Positions 13,538-27,900 of a stretch of DNA of 64,000 bases are shown here, one piece after another (the first letter of the stretch is position 1; every line of letters starts with the position of its first letter). The notes beneath the pieces are model-generated. The model saw only the letters and a program-made list of their open reading frames with translations, made no database searches and was not told where the DNA came from. Position numbers and translations under genes: made by a program. Origin of the DNA: Lytechinus pictus (lineage: Eukaryota); contig NC_087246.1 of the NCBI RefSeq assembly GCF_037042905.1, forward strand, positions 37,200,001 to 37,264,000, in the 5' to 3' direction.

Positions 13538-16500
13538 TCAATATGATGCCTTTAGCTCTGCTGCAGCTGGTTGGTCTATAAACCAGTGTACAACTCCATT
13601 CGTTAGCTTTACCCTTGAAGCAGGCAGAGGGGGATCTTCATTGCCTTCAAGAACTCTCTGGAAATAAACAAGAATCAGGAGCCACAGATTAGGGTACAGA
13701 GTTTACACAAACATGTACATGACAATGTAATCCATAACTAGTCTGCAAGCACAGACCCAAATTTGACAATTTAAGAAAATTATACCATGTCTATCTAGTG
13801 AAGACTAGATTCCAAGCTTCATGTCTGTGTCAAACAAAAACAGCCGAATTGCGAGTCTAGTCTCACTCCTTCAGACTCTACATTGTGCACTATGTAAAAG
13901 CCAAAACCAGTGACTGATGTCAAGGCCAATATGAAAAACTTTATATGAAACTCCATACAGTCAAACCTGTCTTTAGTGGCTCCCAAAACTGTGTTCCAAT
14001 TGGAAGGGATATTTTGTCTATACATGCCGCCTGTCTACAGAGGCCACTTTCTCTATTCCCCTTGGATGGCCTGAATAGACATGGTTGACTGTGCATCATG
14101 ACTTAATGAAATATATAAATATAATATGAATATGTAACTACATATAAACAATATTCCCAAGCCTTTCAACTGAACTGAAGTATTGCATCCAGAATCTGCT
14201 TCTCTAGTATCAAGAGAGAGAGAGTTCAAGATGGCTGCAAATTTCACAGGAAAGAGAAAAGAGGACAGGGATGTGGAAGGGGGAAGAAATCTTACTTGAA
14301 GTATAGCTGCCTTGCCAGCCCCAGCGGATGCATACATGGCACTTCTGGCTGCATTGATGACTGGATAGGTCAAAGTTACACGACAAGGAGGGGGCTTGGG
14401 AGAATCAGAGACCGGGGCAGCTACTAATTCTGTTTCCTAATAATAGATAACACAGAATGAAAACATATGGAGATATGAAAAAACCAAACAAATATATCCA
14501 GGGGCCCTTAGTATGAGAGTTACATTCAAAAGCAGTTAAAAAATAAAACTTCAAATGCAAATACGAAATGATTGAGTGATAAAAAAAAACTGAGTTGCTT
14601 CTGATTGCATAACTTTCTGCAACTGACCCCATAAACATGATGGCAAGATTCATGAGAAATCAGTACTTTCCTATCTACTGCTGATAGTACATTATAAAAA
14701 AAGGATACACATTTATATGAGAATGGTTGGTTCTTCACTCACATATATGCTTTTCACACTGCACACAATTTCCTTATTCCTGGGAAATTGGTGGGGCTAG
14801 GGGGGGGGGGGGTCTTAACCCCACCAATTTCCCGGGGTTAAGCTTAGCCCACTTCGGTTTCACACTATGTTTTCCCAAAGTGGGCTGCCACGGTAAATAG
14901 TACGGTATTATCTGGCCCTGCAAAAAAGCACGGTTAGCCAGCTTATTGCAGTTCTAAGAGATGCAGTGTGAAACGTCATCGGGCTAAGGAAAAGTGGCCA
15001 GGAGTAATTTGTCAGATAAATAAATATTGTTGCAGAACAGCAATAAGCTGCATTTCAAAGTTAAAACCCATCTTGTTTTTTTGGAAGCAGTATAGGGCAT
15101 ACTGTACCGCAAGCTATGCATATAACCTGTAAAGCTAAGCATTTTATAAAATTTGTTAGAACTAGGTAATTACCAAAGTTACGGAATTAATGATAAATTG
15201 CAGGGTGCTTCACAATTTTAATCAAATTATTTCAACTGATTGTAACATGCAATTGAATGTTAACAAGTATAATGAAACAGGGTATTGGTTCCCGTGGGTG
15301 TTTCATAAAGCTGTTTGTAAGTTACAAGCGACTTTACGAATGACTGGTGATCCTTTCTTGTGGTAAATGATACACACCATATTTCCACTGGCGTTGATTT
15401 AGTTCCAAAGGATCACCAGTCGTTCGTAAAGTCGCTATTAACTTACGAACAGCTTTATGAAATACCCACCTGGTTGGTTCATTGCCCAATGGTGATTAGT
15501 CTAACCTTGCAATATATTCAGTCATGGGTTAGCAAGTGAAACTACAGTATGTACCTCAAGAACTTTGTGACCAGGAAAGAGTGAGCATGTATGTCCATCT
15601 GGGCCCATGCCTAACACAAGAAGATCAAATACAGGCCAAGGGGATCCTTCTGCACATGGAACTTTCTTGATCATCTCTGCATAGTCCTTGGCTGCTTCAT
15701 CCACAGGCAGTTCAGGTTTGACAGCATACAGCTGACTTCCAGGTAGACTAGTCTTTCCGATCAACTTTTCCTGAGTTATAAACACAAGAAATTATGACCT
15801 TTACTAAAACAAGTGGTATGCCTCTGGCAGTCTCGTCTGCATTACGTGACTCAATATAGCAGACTTAGGAAAAAAACTAAAATGACTACCAGTAACAATA
15901 CATTAAAAAAACATTCATATTAAGTTCATTGACCCTAAATGACATCTGACCTTGATCATGTCCAAGTTTCATGCAATAGATCTATTTACATTATTTCAAA
16001 GTTATAATACTGTTTCAAAACTTAACCTTGGTTAAGATTTTAATGCTGATACCACAACAAAGTCAGTTTGTTGAATATAAGTTACCTTACCATTGATCTT
16101 GATCATTTGACCTGAAACTCGTGCAAGATGATCAGTGACACTTATGTAGTTTCATGAATAGATCCATAAACTTTCAAATTTAGTAATTTTCAAGAACACA
16201 CTGAGAGTATACCGACTAGGAGATCATTTGGGTGTGAAAACGACCCACAACGAACAACAACAACAAAAATACCCCCAACATGGTCAAAGTTCATAGACCC
16301 TAAATGACCATGGAAAGACTTCCATATCATATGTCCCCTCTACTTATTAAAAATTTCTTCGACAAAACCACCTAGGTTTGTCATCTTTTTCTTCTTTTAA
16401 TATTATCTGCTTACTTCCGCCCAGTTGGCCTGATATTTGAACCTCTAGTTGCAGAACGGGGCATCTCCAACTTTTCCTTTCTGAATTGCAATATGTTAGA

Positions 16501-18246
16501 TATGTTAAACCTTAAACTCCATTTTTTTTCTTGTTGCAATTTTACTGGAGGGGACATGGAAGTGTTGCCATGACCTTAATCATGTCACCTAAAACATATC
16601 CAAGATGACCAGTGATACCAGTACTTGATTACTCTTGTTATGTCCAAATGTTTATAAACTCAAGATCTAGATCTAGAGCAGTAGAGGTCTAATGTTAAAG
16701 GTCAAGTCCACCTCATAAAAATGTTGATTTGAATCAAAAGAGAAAAATCAGACGAGCATAATGCTGAAAATTTTATCGAAATTGGATGTAAAATAAGAAA
16801 GTTATGACACTTTAAAGTTTCGCTTATTTTTCACAAAATAGTTATATGCATAATTTAGTCACATGCAAATGAGAGAATCGATGATGTCCTGCACTCACTA
16901 TTTCTTTTGTTTTTTATTGTTTGAATTATACAATATTTCAATTTTTACAGATTTGACAAAAAGGACCAACTTGAGTGAACCATATAATGTTAAACAAGGG
17001 TAATTCCACATGTTCAGTGAGAAATAAAACTTTGTTTCACAGGACAATGAGGAGAAAATTAGAATATTTCATATTTCTTATAATAAAATACAAAAGAAAA
17101 AGTGAGTGAGTGATGTCATCAGTTTCCTCATTTGCATACCAACCGGGATGTGCATATAACTATTATGTGAAATTAAGCAAAACTTTGAAATGTTATAACT
17201 TTCTCATTTTACATCCGATTTTGATGAAATTTTCAGTGTTATGCTCGTTGGATTTTTCTCTTTCTATTCAAATCAACTTTTTGTTGGGGTGGACTTGTCC
17301 TTTAAGTTAGATCTAGAATTGATAGATCTACTTTCTAAACTTTAACGTTAAAGATGACATTTCAAAATGACCCCCTTTTTCAGATCTTATTTTCAGTTCT
17401 TTAACTTAGATACTCTGAAAGACAAAATTCCATTCAAGAGCCGCCCCGCTCGCAAGACCATAAAGACCCCCGTTAAGAATCATCTTTTCCCTAGCCCAGC
17501 TGTCAAAATTGTCTAGCGCGAGCACCGCATGCGAGAGCTGCACGCATGGATTCACAACTCCCTCCGCTAGCACAGCAGCTCCATGCACTGCTAGCCTGTA
17601 GCGCCCACATTATGGCTTTATGCACAGCACTAGTGTGCATCATACCCACTGTACTGCGATCCCGTTCCGTAGGCGTAGACCCTGTCCCTGTTGTTGTTTT
17701 TCACACCGCCCGGTAAATTAGTTGCCAAGGCCAAGACTCAAGAGGCAAGACCCTGTATTTTTTTTTACCCTTATGGTCAGTTCCTTAGACCCCCTTTTCA
17801 GCAGGTTTCATGAGACACACCCAGCACCCCCATAAAACTATAATTTGAGTGCCCCCCCCCCCCCCCCCCCGGGCATGGTTTGCAAGGCCAAGGGCAAGGC
17901 TCGCCGCAAATTTTGTTAAAATTCATGACAGTCACATTTATATAATCCAATATGTTTTGGATCATTCCATATTATCACAGTTTACCTTATATATTCTGTA
18001 TGTACTGTCTGCGTGATCGAATGTAACGAGTCTCTCGTCGCAGAAATAGATGTGCCATTTATCCCATTGCAGGTCACCAATTTCAGGCAGTCCGTCTCCC
18101 AAGAACTTCGCCACACTTCCTCCCGAAACTCCCAGGTAGAAAGCACCTCTGGCTGCGATGGCACTTCGGCTGCTTTCTGCTACAAAAGAACAGACCGCTG
18201 CAGGAATTTCTTTTGTGGGCAGAATATGTACCTTTCTGCATTCCAT
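13538..18246 (-). CDS. PGLS: 6-phosphogluconolactonase, 245 aa; exons 18246-17986, 15770-15555, 14436-14296, 13657-13538
   Basis: All introns are GT-AG and phase 0. Family motifs [50 protein letters not shown] and LPASRV...WFID. Stop TGA at 13540-13538. Confidence 0.97.
14748..14977. mobile_element. Harbinger-like MITE
   Basis: TGCTTTTCACACTGCA...TGCAGTGTGAAACGTCA imperfect TIR. Confidence 0.5.
15294..15469. mobile_element. Short palindromic MITE
   Basis: ~60-bp inverted arms GTGGGTGTTTCATAAAGCTG...CAGCTTTATGAAATACCCAC. Confidence 0.8.
16699..17301. mobile_element. Kolobok-like MITE family A
   Basis: TTAA|AGG...CCT|TTAA; opposite orientation to the 2905 copy. Confidence 0.88.
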
Positions 18247-20756
18247 GCTCCACGAATTAGATATTTACAGTGTTCTTCACGGAAAATAAAGTAAATGCCT
18301 CAAAGGAATATCTAATAACGACCGAATTGCATTAATTCAGGCCCGAATTCAGCACAATTTCCAAGAGTAAAGTCTTGTCATTTCCCTTCCTGGAACGTGA
18401 ACTTTCTCAAGGGCCTAGGGGTAAATTAACGGATATTTTGGAGGGACAAACATTTATTTAAAAATGTGCAAAGTTGATGTTCAAAAGGGCAAATATTGCC
18501 CTAAAATTATACCCTTATATTAAAGATGAATAAATTCAACTTCATTTTGATTATTAAGATACAATTCATATGACTATCTGAGAATCTTTGTTCATAAATC
18601 TATGAATCTTGAATCGAATCGACTTGTACCTGAGCTGTGCTATCCCTGTCTTAAAAATACCATGGGAAAATTTCTTATAATATTCATCCGCAACATTAAC
18701 ATTGCATTTTATTAAATTAAATACTTTTAGTGTTACATCTATCATTTTACCTACCTATTAATAATGAACCATCGAACTAATTTGTTTTTTAAACTTTTTT
18801 AATTATATGAATTTAAGATCACGTTTTAAAATTGCACCATACAGTGTTATTTTATTTCTACCATGCACTTATTAGGTGAGTAATGCGTTTGTATATGGAT
18901 GTTATGGTTATGGGAATCCGAACTGAACTGAGCTAGCTGAGCTGCTGTGCTTGTTGTCATTCTTTCTAGCCACTAAACTAACTAAATATGATACTTATAA
19001 GAGGTAAATATAGCAAAATGTGGTCTCTGTATATATGAATACCTGCTTTGCTTTTGTTCTGAATATTATTATAGATTCCCTGCCAGGTTTCGACATGATT
19101 TTTAGGCAACCGGTAGGCCTGGCTGTACACAGGGTTGGGTTTCGTTTTCACGTAATCGTCGTAAGTTTAGGTTCCTAGATCTCCCATTTCCAGACGCGTT
19201 ATGAATGATGCCTCACGGATTGGTTGTCGGAACAGTTATACTTACGATGATTTCGAGAAACCGACCCCATTTGTAATTGGAAATTTTGAACATGACATAC
19301 CGTATTAATTATTAGATAAATGGCGACTGTTTCTTAATTAACATTAGGGCTATTCCACGGTTACTCACGTTACATTTGGAGACACCTTGACTCATACTTG
19401 GAGTTGGAGCTGTAACTCCATTATTATTGATAGGAACTAAACATCTCTTTATCACAACATAGCATAGTAGTACGCAGTCTGACTATCCTTTGTAATTGTA
19501 TAAAAACAAAACTTGGGAAATTTAATTATGCTCCTGACCTGGCAAATCTTTGAAATGTGTCGGTTACTCATGTTACATGATTTGGACATGCATAAAATGA
19601 AAAGTGGACATAAGTGAAAAGTGTCCTCATGCAAGGCTTTTATGAAAGTTGATTATATCCATTTCAAAGAAGTATATTAGGGAGACAAATTTGTATATAA
19701 TTAAAAAAATAAAGAACACATGGTTTTTACTAGGGATGCAGATAAAGTGGTTACTCACGTTACGGTTCAGATGGGCTATATGTACAAAGACACATTGAGC
19801 TCATGTCCACCAACCTATGGAATTGCCCATTAACTTAATACTAATAGTAGGCCTAGATACTAACTAACAAGTAACAGTAGGCCGGGTGTCTGGAGAAAAA
19901 TATTATTTTTCTTATTTCAAGAAAATATCACATTTTCTTTGTGAATTTGAAGAGAAATGACCTTCAGACTGACAGAAATGTAACATTTTTGAAAAAAATC
20001 TGATTATTGGCTGCAAAAAAGAAGGATGAAATTAGGCCAATTTTCAGCATTTCTCTGCCATAGACTGTGTAGTTAAGAAATGGACACACACAAATCCAAA
20101 TTTTTAGCTTCCGAGAGCTGTTATAAATCTATTATTAATGCCAAAAACTTGTCCATAAAGAGTCCAATAGGATTTTTTATGCTCTTTCTGATGGTATGAT
20201 TTTTATAAAGATTTGGAAACCAGATCACAATGAAAAATTGCGACAAAGTGAAAAAATTGTGCAAAACAGAAATTTTATTTTCCCATAGAAAACGCATGGG
20301 GAAATGGCAATCTCAACACACACAAAAATAAGGGTTTGCAATTTATCTCTAAATCCTTATTTCAAATGATCATATAAACTTGTCCTTACTGTCAAAAGAA
20401 GCCCCTGAATTTTCTCTTTCCATACATGCCAAACACAAGTTAATAATCAATTCAGATCACATTTTTCTAGTAGCCTGAACTTCCCAAAAAAAATGTGCCA
20501 TATTTTCCCCTAAATCAGCCTGTCTTATGCTGACACTTTTCAGTGTGGCTTCAGACACCCTACTAACAGTAACAAGTAACATGGAGTGGGCTCCAATCCA
20601 AAGCCGCTTAAGTGTGGACCTATAATATTAATATATGAACATGAGATTTTACTTTTTTTTTAGACCAAAAAAAAAGCTTCATCTCTGTCTGTCTGTTGTT
20701 CGCTGAACTCTGTTGCTGTTGGCCGTTGGCTCCACTAACTCACTAACTTAAGTCTA

Positions 20757-20891
20757 CCTCAGGCGAGGGTTCGGATAGGCTCCACTATATACTTCATGCT
20801 CCACCTATCAGATAGGTCACGTGGAGCGGAGCCGGAGGGTAGTGGTACTGTAGTGAAGTGTAGTGGAGCCTCTCCGAACCATTGCCTGAGG
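20757..20891. mobile_element. 135-bp TA-flanked palindromic element
   Basis: TA|CCTCAGGC...GGTTCGGATAGGCTCCACTA...TAGTGGAGCCTCTCCGAACC...GCCTGAGG|TA. Confidence 0.65.
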
Positions 20892-21934
20892 TACACTAAC
20901 ACTAAGTCTAAAGTAAAGGCACTAAAAAAAAAAGAGAAATGTAAAAAAAAAAATTAAAACTCCCCGAAACAGACGGCTGCCAGTCTAGAATTTACATATT
21001 TATTAGAAATTTAAAATAGAGTCTAGAATTTTGGCTTTAACTTCATAATTTATAAAATTTTGTCTTGATGCCAGAAAATTTCAATTAAATTCCCGGAAAA
21101 GGCTTTTTTCTGTCCTGCCAAATCTTGCATAATTGTCTCAAGTATGACCCAAAGTAGGGTAAAGTCCCCCAGTCTGTGCACACGTTTATCTGCACAATTC
21201 TAGTAAAAGAAGCTACGCAATGACCAAAAAAATCACACCTGCGATACATACAGTACATGTAGACAGATAGATAAATCTATTCAATAAAAAAGCCAACTCA
21301 AAATGGTGGGAAAATATTGAATTTTTGGCATTTCATTGACAGCCATAGAAATGCAGCCATTCTAATCCAAATCTCTGAATCTTGTGTAAAATGAAGTGGT
21401 GCGCAGATATGGGGCACCATTTTTTTGTTCAATCAGAATGACTGGTCAAGGTTCTTTCCAAGAATATCATTTAAATTTGTATAATATTTTTGGCACACTT
21501 AAAAGAATATAAGGAACATTATCAACTGAAATTTTTAGTAAAAAAGAAAAGAAATTCAAGTAATCTTAACTTAAATAATTAGGTTTGCAGACTTGGGGCC
21601 CCCTTCATTATTTACTTTTTATGTGCTCTTTTTTTCATACTCCATTTTTCCCCCTGCTCCTTCCTATTCTTTTTTTGTAACTACCCACCAGTAAAAAGTT
21701 CAAACAAAAGTAAATGGTTTGGCATTCTATTAGACATGTACAAACAACCTAATACAAAAGCCCCCTTTGTCTTTTTTTTTTTTTTGGGGGGGGGGGGGGG
21801 CTGATGACTGTTTCACAGTTACCTCTATGCCATGGAGAGTCAGTTTGGGTGATCAGCAACAATGAATATTTGATTCCTTGAAATGATGAAATGCTTGTAC
21901 GTTCATTTTTTGCCACAGGAATCATTTCATTTCA

Positions 21935-24900
21935 ATGATGAAATCCAAGGGGAAGAAAGATGGAAAAACTGCAGCAGGTGGATCCAGAGCTCCAAATGAC
22001 ACTAAGGATAGTGGTGGTGGTGGTGGAGATGGAAAGGTGGTGTCCCCACCCCCCTATCGACGAAAACCTCGAAAAAATGGCTGGAGCTGCCCCCTTCATG
22101 TCCTCCAAGTTGTGGCCTGGTTCTTTCTCCTTCTCTTCAATGTCTTCTACTTTGGTATGATGGTTCCAGTTCTTCCCTATGAATGGCAGCCAGCTGGGTA
22201 TATTGTATCCTTTGAAATGAGTGAGACCTTATTGGTTATTCCAGGGGAGTTTTTGATTCTTCACAGGCAGGATGTTAATGAACCCTTGAGTGGGATTTCA
22301 GGGGCATATTATATCAGTTGTCAGTGAAAAACAGATTTTTGTTTCATGAAATGCTCCCATGAGCTGTCTTTATGTTCAGTTCAGATTACCAGCGGGGCTC
22401 ACCTCCATCCATTTTGGATAAGACACATTTTTTACCCATTCAGCCTGATTATATGACATAAGCCCCAGTTGTTCTTGGTTCCGTATTCAATATCAGGGTC
22501 CCGTCTTACAAAGAGTTGCAATTGATCCAATCAAACCACAACTATGGAAAGTTAGCAACATCAACTTCTAAAATGCATGGTTGTTCAATATTTTCTAGAT
22601 ATGATGTATTTTCATGCATTCATCTTTTTCTTGAAAATAATGTGTGCTTCTCTTTGTTTACAAAGAAAATAATGAAAATCTGTACATGTAGAAAAAAATA
22701 TGACATTGATGGATCTCCATATTGAGATTGATTGGATCAATCACAACTCTTTGTATAAAGACAGGACCCTGAAGTAACAATATCATTATTTTCCAGAAGA
22801 AGAAGGAAATCTGACAAGAGAAAACATTCTTTCATTGAATAATAGCTGACGTGGCTCAATAAATGTTGCAGATTTACTCAGTAGCCCCTTAAAATAGAAC
22901 AAATATATTTTTTTTTTTGCCTGGTAGTGGTAGGTATACATTCTGTTCAGTATTTAAATTTCCAAATAATTCTCCTTCCCATTTCGATTTATTACAATGT
23001 ACCAATATTTGTATCAGGCAAGTTTGTTGTTGACAACAAACAAGTAATGATACTGACACAACTGGAATTTCTAAATATGATCATTGTCATGATGAATAAT
23101 AAAAAAAATGGTCCTCTGGGAAAATAAATAAACAGCTATCATGTAGAGGGGTGTAAGAGTCAGATTTTTTTTCTTTCAGTTTTCTGTGTTCTTTGTCTGT
23201 ACAAAAATATAGGAGGTTTTGTGATTTCAGCTGTTTTTCAATTGAGGTCAATCACACACCCGCATGAAAGAGAAAAAAAATTGGGAATGCTTGACATTTA
23301 GATGAACGTCAAATTATTGCACTGTATTATCTAAGTGAAATTCATGTACCGCTCTTTAATGTGTTAGTTATTTATTTTGAAAAACACTTAAACTAATGCT
23401 TTTGTCAGCATGAACAAGTTAAACATCCTTGACCAGTTCCTTTTATTTGAATCCAGATTGTAGGCATTTTTGTGCTGTGTCATGTGATCAGTCATGTGAC
23501 TTGTCTCACAATCAACCCTGCTGACCCCCACACTTTCAAGAGGAGTACGGAAAGAGAGATGCCCGTTTTCAACCGTCAGCTGCATGCACATGTTATAGAG
23601 AACAACCACTGTTATCTTTGTGAAGTTAATGTGTAAGTTTTTGAAAGTGTTTTGGTTGAAGGATGAATATTGTTTCTTATTTTCCTCCACTCATAAAGAA
23701 ATTTGTTAAATTTCAGTTTTGTCAACTAAAAAACAAAGATTTATCTGAGTAAATTTGATATGAACTATAAAAGAAGTGGGATTACTATTGTGGTAACTTT
23801 GCCATTGAATGGTAACTTTCATGGTATCCTTTATTTCAATTGACTGTTGAGTATTTTTGACATGGTAGATACAAAGACAAAGTAAGTTTTCCACTCCATT
23901 CCCTATAAATAATTCTGGTCATCTGTGGTATCTTCTGCATTACAAAAAAAAAATTGTTTGTCTTGTACGGTTATTCTTGTTTCTTTTTCTACTTTCTACA
24001 GACATAAATCATCAAAGCATTGCAGTGCATGTAATAAATGTGTCATTGGATTTGACCACCATTGTAAGTGGCTGAATAGTTGCATTGGGTCCCGGAATTA
24101 TAGGTAAGACATATTTACTTCAATTAATTACCTCAAAGTCCAAGTTCACCCAACAACAAGTTCATTTGAATAAAGAAAGAAGAATCAGACAAATCAAAGT
24201 TTCACTCATTTTTCCAAACAGTGACATGCACAACATAGGCAGTATGCAAATGGCATTACCAAGGACATCACATTGTATTTTTTATCTGAAATATTTCAAC
24301 TTTCTATTCTCTATAATGTAAAACATGCTACAACTCCAGCTTGAACATGTTGAATCACCATTATATTACTACTTTTATGATTCAGTGAAAAGCTTCTTTA
24401 TTATATTATCAGTCTACAAAAATTCAATTATTCTGTATGAAATGTATTTGATTTAAGTAATGTTCATGCAATCTGTTGTTATTTGTTATGGCGTCTAACA
24501 TTCCCTTTTTCTTTTATGCAGGTTATTTATAGGCTGTTTAGTGACAGCATTCGTATGTTGTCTCCTGGTCTGTATAGTAGCTTTGTATATTACAATTGTG
24601 TATCAAGTCAACCCATTGCTGCTGCACCCAAATGAATTAAGAGGTGAGTCTATATGCAATTTTGTCGTTTCTTCTCTCAACTACGGTAATATACTAATTA
24701 TGAATGCGTAGAAGGTCACTTCATTTCACTTAAGCATTTTATTAAATCTTGTGAAATTAGCATCTTTTAAATTTTCAAATTGTGTCGATATGAATATGCT
24801 TTGCATATTTAAGCTATTATGCACGACTGTATTCAGTTCACACTCAATTTAGAATGGAATGTTATAAACATGAAGAATTGTTATGTATCCTATCTGTGCT

Positions 24901-27900
24901 CTCTAAAATATGTATTTCACATGTGTTTATAGGTGTATGCAGATCCTGCTCACAAGGTGTAACTTTTTTTTTTTGGGGGGGGGTGGGGAATCATTGATGA
25001 CCATTATCACAACCTTGATTATTCCTTGTATTGTTATTGGGGAGGGATGGAAGAGAAAATTAAAGTTTTTCATGAGTCTAATTAACCTTGACTTGTTAAA
25101 AGCCTGGTTGACGGAATCTGTCCATCTTTGGAATTGCAGCTTACAGGAATGGGGAACCACTTTCATGCCAAACCACACCTACAACTCCTGCTGCAACAAA
25201 TGAATCGGTCACCACTCAAGCAACTCCTGTGTGCGACTTCCATCAGAATCTTAAGATCTTTGGACCAGTGTCTGGACAAGCTTTCTTTGCTGTCATGATT
25301 GTTCTTGTGGTTCTTCTTCTCGTCAGCATGCTACTTCTAGGTCATCTTCTAGGCTTCCATCTCTATTTAAGTATGTTTCATCATTTTTTTTTTCTTTAAA
25401 GTAAAAAGGCAGGGAGCTTCAAAACCTGTGCACTTTCCATCTTGATTAGATGCTCAAGGTGCTTCAGAGCAGAACAAAACAAATTACATATACAGTAGTA
25501 CATGTTTGAACAATAAGTCAATGTCTGATGATGGAATATACACTGTAGAAAATTCAATGCATAAATATCCACAACTGTTGAATGCCCCCCCCCCCCCACC
25601 CTTTCCGGAGATCTGGGCTGCCCCTCATTGCTGCAATTGGTATCATATTAAAGTGTGAGGTAATCCGCATGGCTGTGTTGTTAGTTTCTCCAAAATAATA
25701 TATATTAATTACATATAATGGTAATTTATGTAGATCATATTTCTGCTGTGATTCTCTGTACATGCTCATAGAATGCTCCTTTTTGCTGTCATTATTCTTT
25801 GTACCATTCCTAACAGTTTTACATGACAAAAAGTATTTGGTTGTACTTTATATCTGTAATATCAGCAATGATTTTATTGTTTTATATTGTTGCTACTGTC
25901 AGTGTCTCAAGGCCTAGGTACATATGACTATATCATGCAGCAGCGTGCTGAAGAAGAGGAGGAATCATCAAGATCTGAGTCTCTACCAAGGGAGAACAAA
26001 GGATGCTGCTCAAGAAAAAGGGTAAGTAGGAAGCTAGTGCTAAGATCGTTCTGCACTGAAGGTGGCTTATTATCAAGTGTGGCCTTAACAGTAGAAGTAA
26101 GAAGAAGCTTTTCTGTTAGACGACTGATGCTTCAAAAGTATCTATGACGGTGGGTGTTACAGGGCTGTAGGGACAGTGATATTCTTGTCTAAAAAAATGG
26201 TCTTTTCCATCTCAATTTGTTTTCCCGTTTCTGAAAATCTGTAAATCTGAGTAGAAGAAATAACCAGTTGTCTCACGATGTATCAAACGTAGTTGGAAAG
26301 CGACGTTTCGTCTGCAAGCTGCTAGACTTCGTCAGGCAATGAGCGAAGACGCTGATGTCAGGCAATGAGCACCACAATGAATCTCTTCCACATCATCTGT
26401 AAATCTGTTTCAAACTTGTGCTGGAAGGAAATTGTGTTTTGTCATAGAATATGTACACAGCAAAAACATGATTTTGTAAATTGCAAAGGTTAATTCAATG
26501 ATTTTTTACATGAAAAATATGGAACCAAAATATATTTACATGTCTTCTTTGATGATATCACCAAGAAATCAGATTCATGTTGTCAGCATGTTCATTTCCT
26601 GTGCTATTGTGTGCCTGAAATATGTATGCATCATGTCCAGATATGCATGTAGGACCAATATGTTTATTTATCTTATTTTCTTGTAGGGGGTGATTTCTTA
26701 CTTTTCATATCAGTCTGGACACTGTTATTTTCTTCCTTTTTTACAGAGTGGTAGAGTTGCACCAACTCAAGGAAGCAATGAAGACATAGAAATGAGAAAC
26801 CCAAGAAGGTAAGGCTTTAATAATTTATACGTGAAATTCCAAAGACCTTGTATACAAGACAACACTGCACTTGTGTGATTGTGTAGCATGGTTTCAATTA
26901 ATGTTTGACTCATGTAACACTTCAATAGCCTGCAACCTGTAATACTAAGTGCATCTTTCTCGCTTCAGCCATGAGGATACAAGCATCTGATTGGCAAGTG
27001 TACTTTTGCAGATGATATCGGGTCATTCTGTCCGCATTCACATCTCTTTTAGTTGTAAATGACAATTAGGACATTACATCTGTTGCTTTTGATATCATTC
27101 TTCTTTATCATTTTTTCAAGGTCATTCTGTTTTATAAATGTCACAGTCAGATAAGTGTATTTTATCAGACCCATACGAATATTAAACTCTACACTGCACT
27201 TTCTAATAGCAGAATTGAACATTGAAAAATGTGATCTTTTATGCACCAGATACCGGTATACATGCAAAATTACATTGAAATTTTTCTCTACTTATGGTTG
27301 TTTCTCTTAATTCCTTAATTTTATTTTACGCGACCAGCATTACAAGGGATGGGGATATATCATGATTCTTTATGAGTGTTTGTGTGTGTACTTGCATATT
27401 TTCTGTATATATATTACTCTTGCTAGCTTTGCTCTTTGTTTATATATTAAGAAAAGTTTTATCTGTGGCAAGTTTGTTAATTCTGTTAAATGATGAAGAA
27501 TTATGTATAATCTCTCTGCTTAAGAATCTCTACACTTTCACTGTATAAATTTATTTTCTATCCATCTTCTGCATGATTTGCACTCCTCTTTCCTATTTTA
27601 CAGCACTGCAAGCACCAATTATTGTGTTACTAATGAGATACAATCTTCAGCTCAGCCTAACATTAACCCTGGTAGTAGTGGGGTTTCAACAAACTAACTC
27701 ATACTTGTACCAATCATCTGTCAACCGTATAATATAAATAGGTACTGACCTCATGTTTTCTTTTCTCTTTGTTCATTCTTTCTGCTCCGACGGAACAGAT
27801 TTTAAAGGGGAGTTCCAGGCTAAAGATGTTAATATCTTAATAGATAGAGAAAAACTGAACTAGCAAAATTCAATCAAAATCTGATAAAAGATAAGAAGTT

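Noticed and set aside
22205-22327. C-terminal 40 aa of ORF 21935-22327
   Set aside because: Read-through into the U12 intron; family similarity resumes at 23457.
25081-25095. AACCTTGAC as a second U12 branch site
   Set aside because: The donor of that intron is GTGAGT (U2 type), and the site is ~50 nt from the acceptor.
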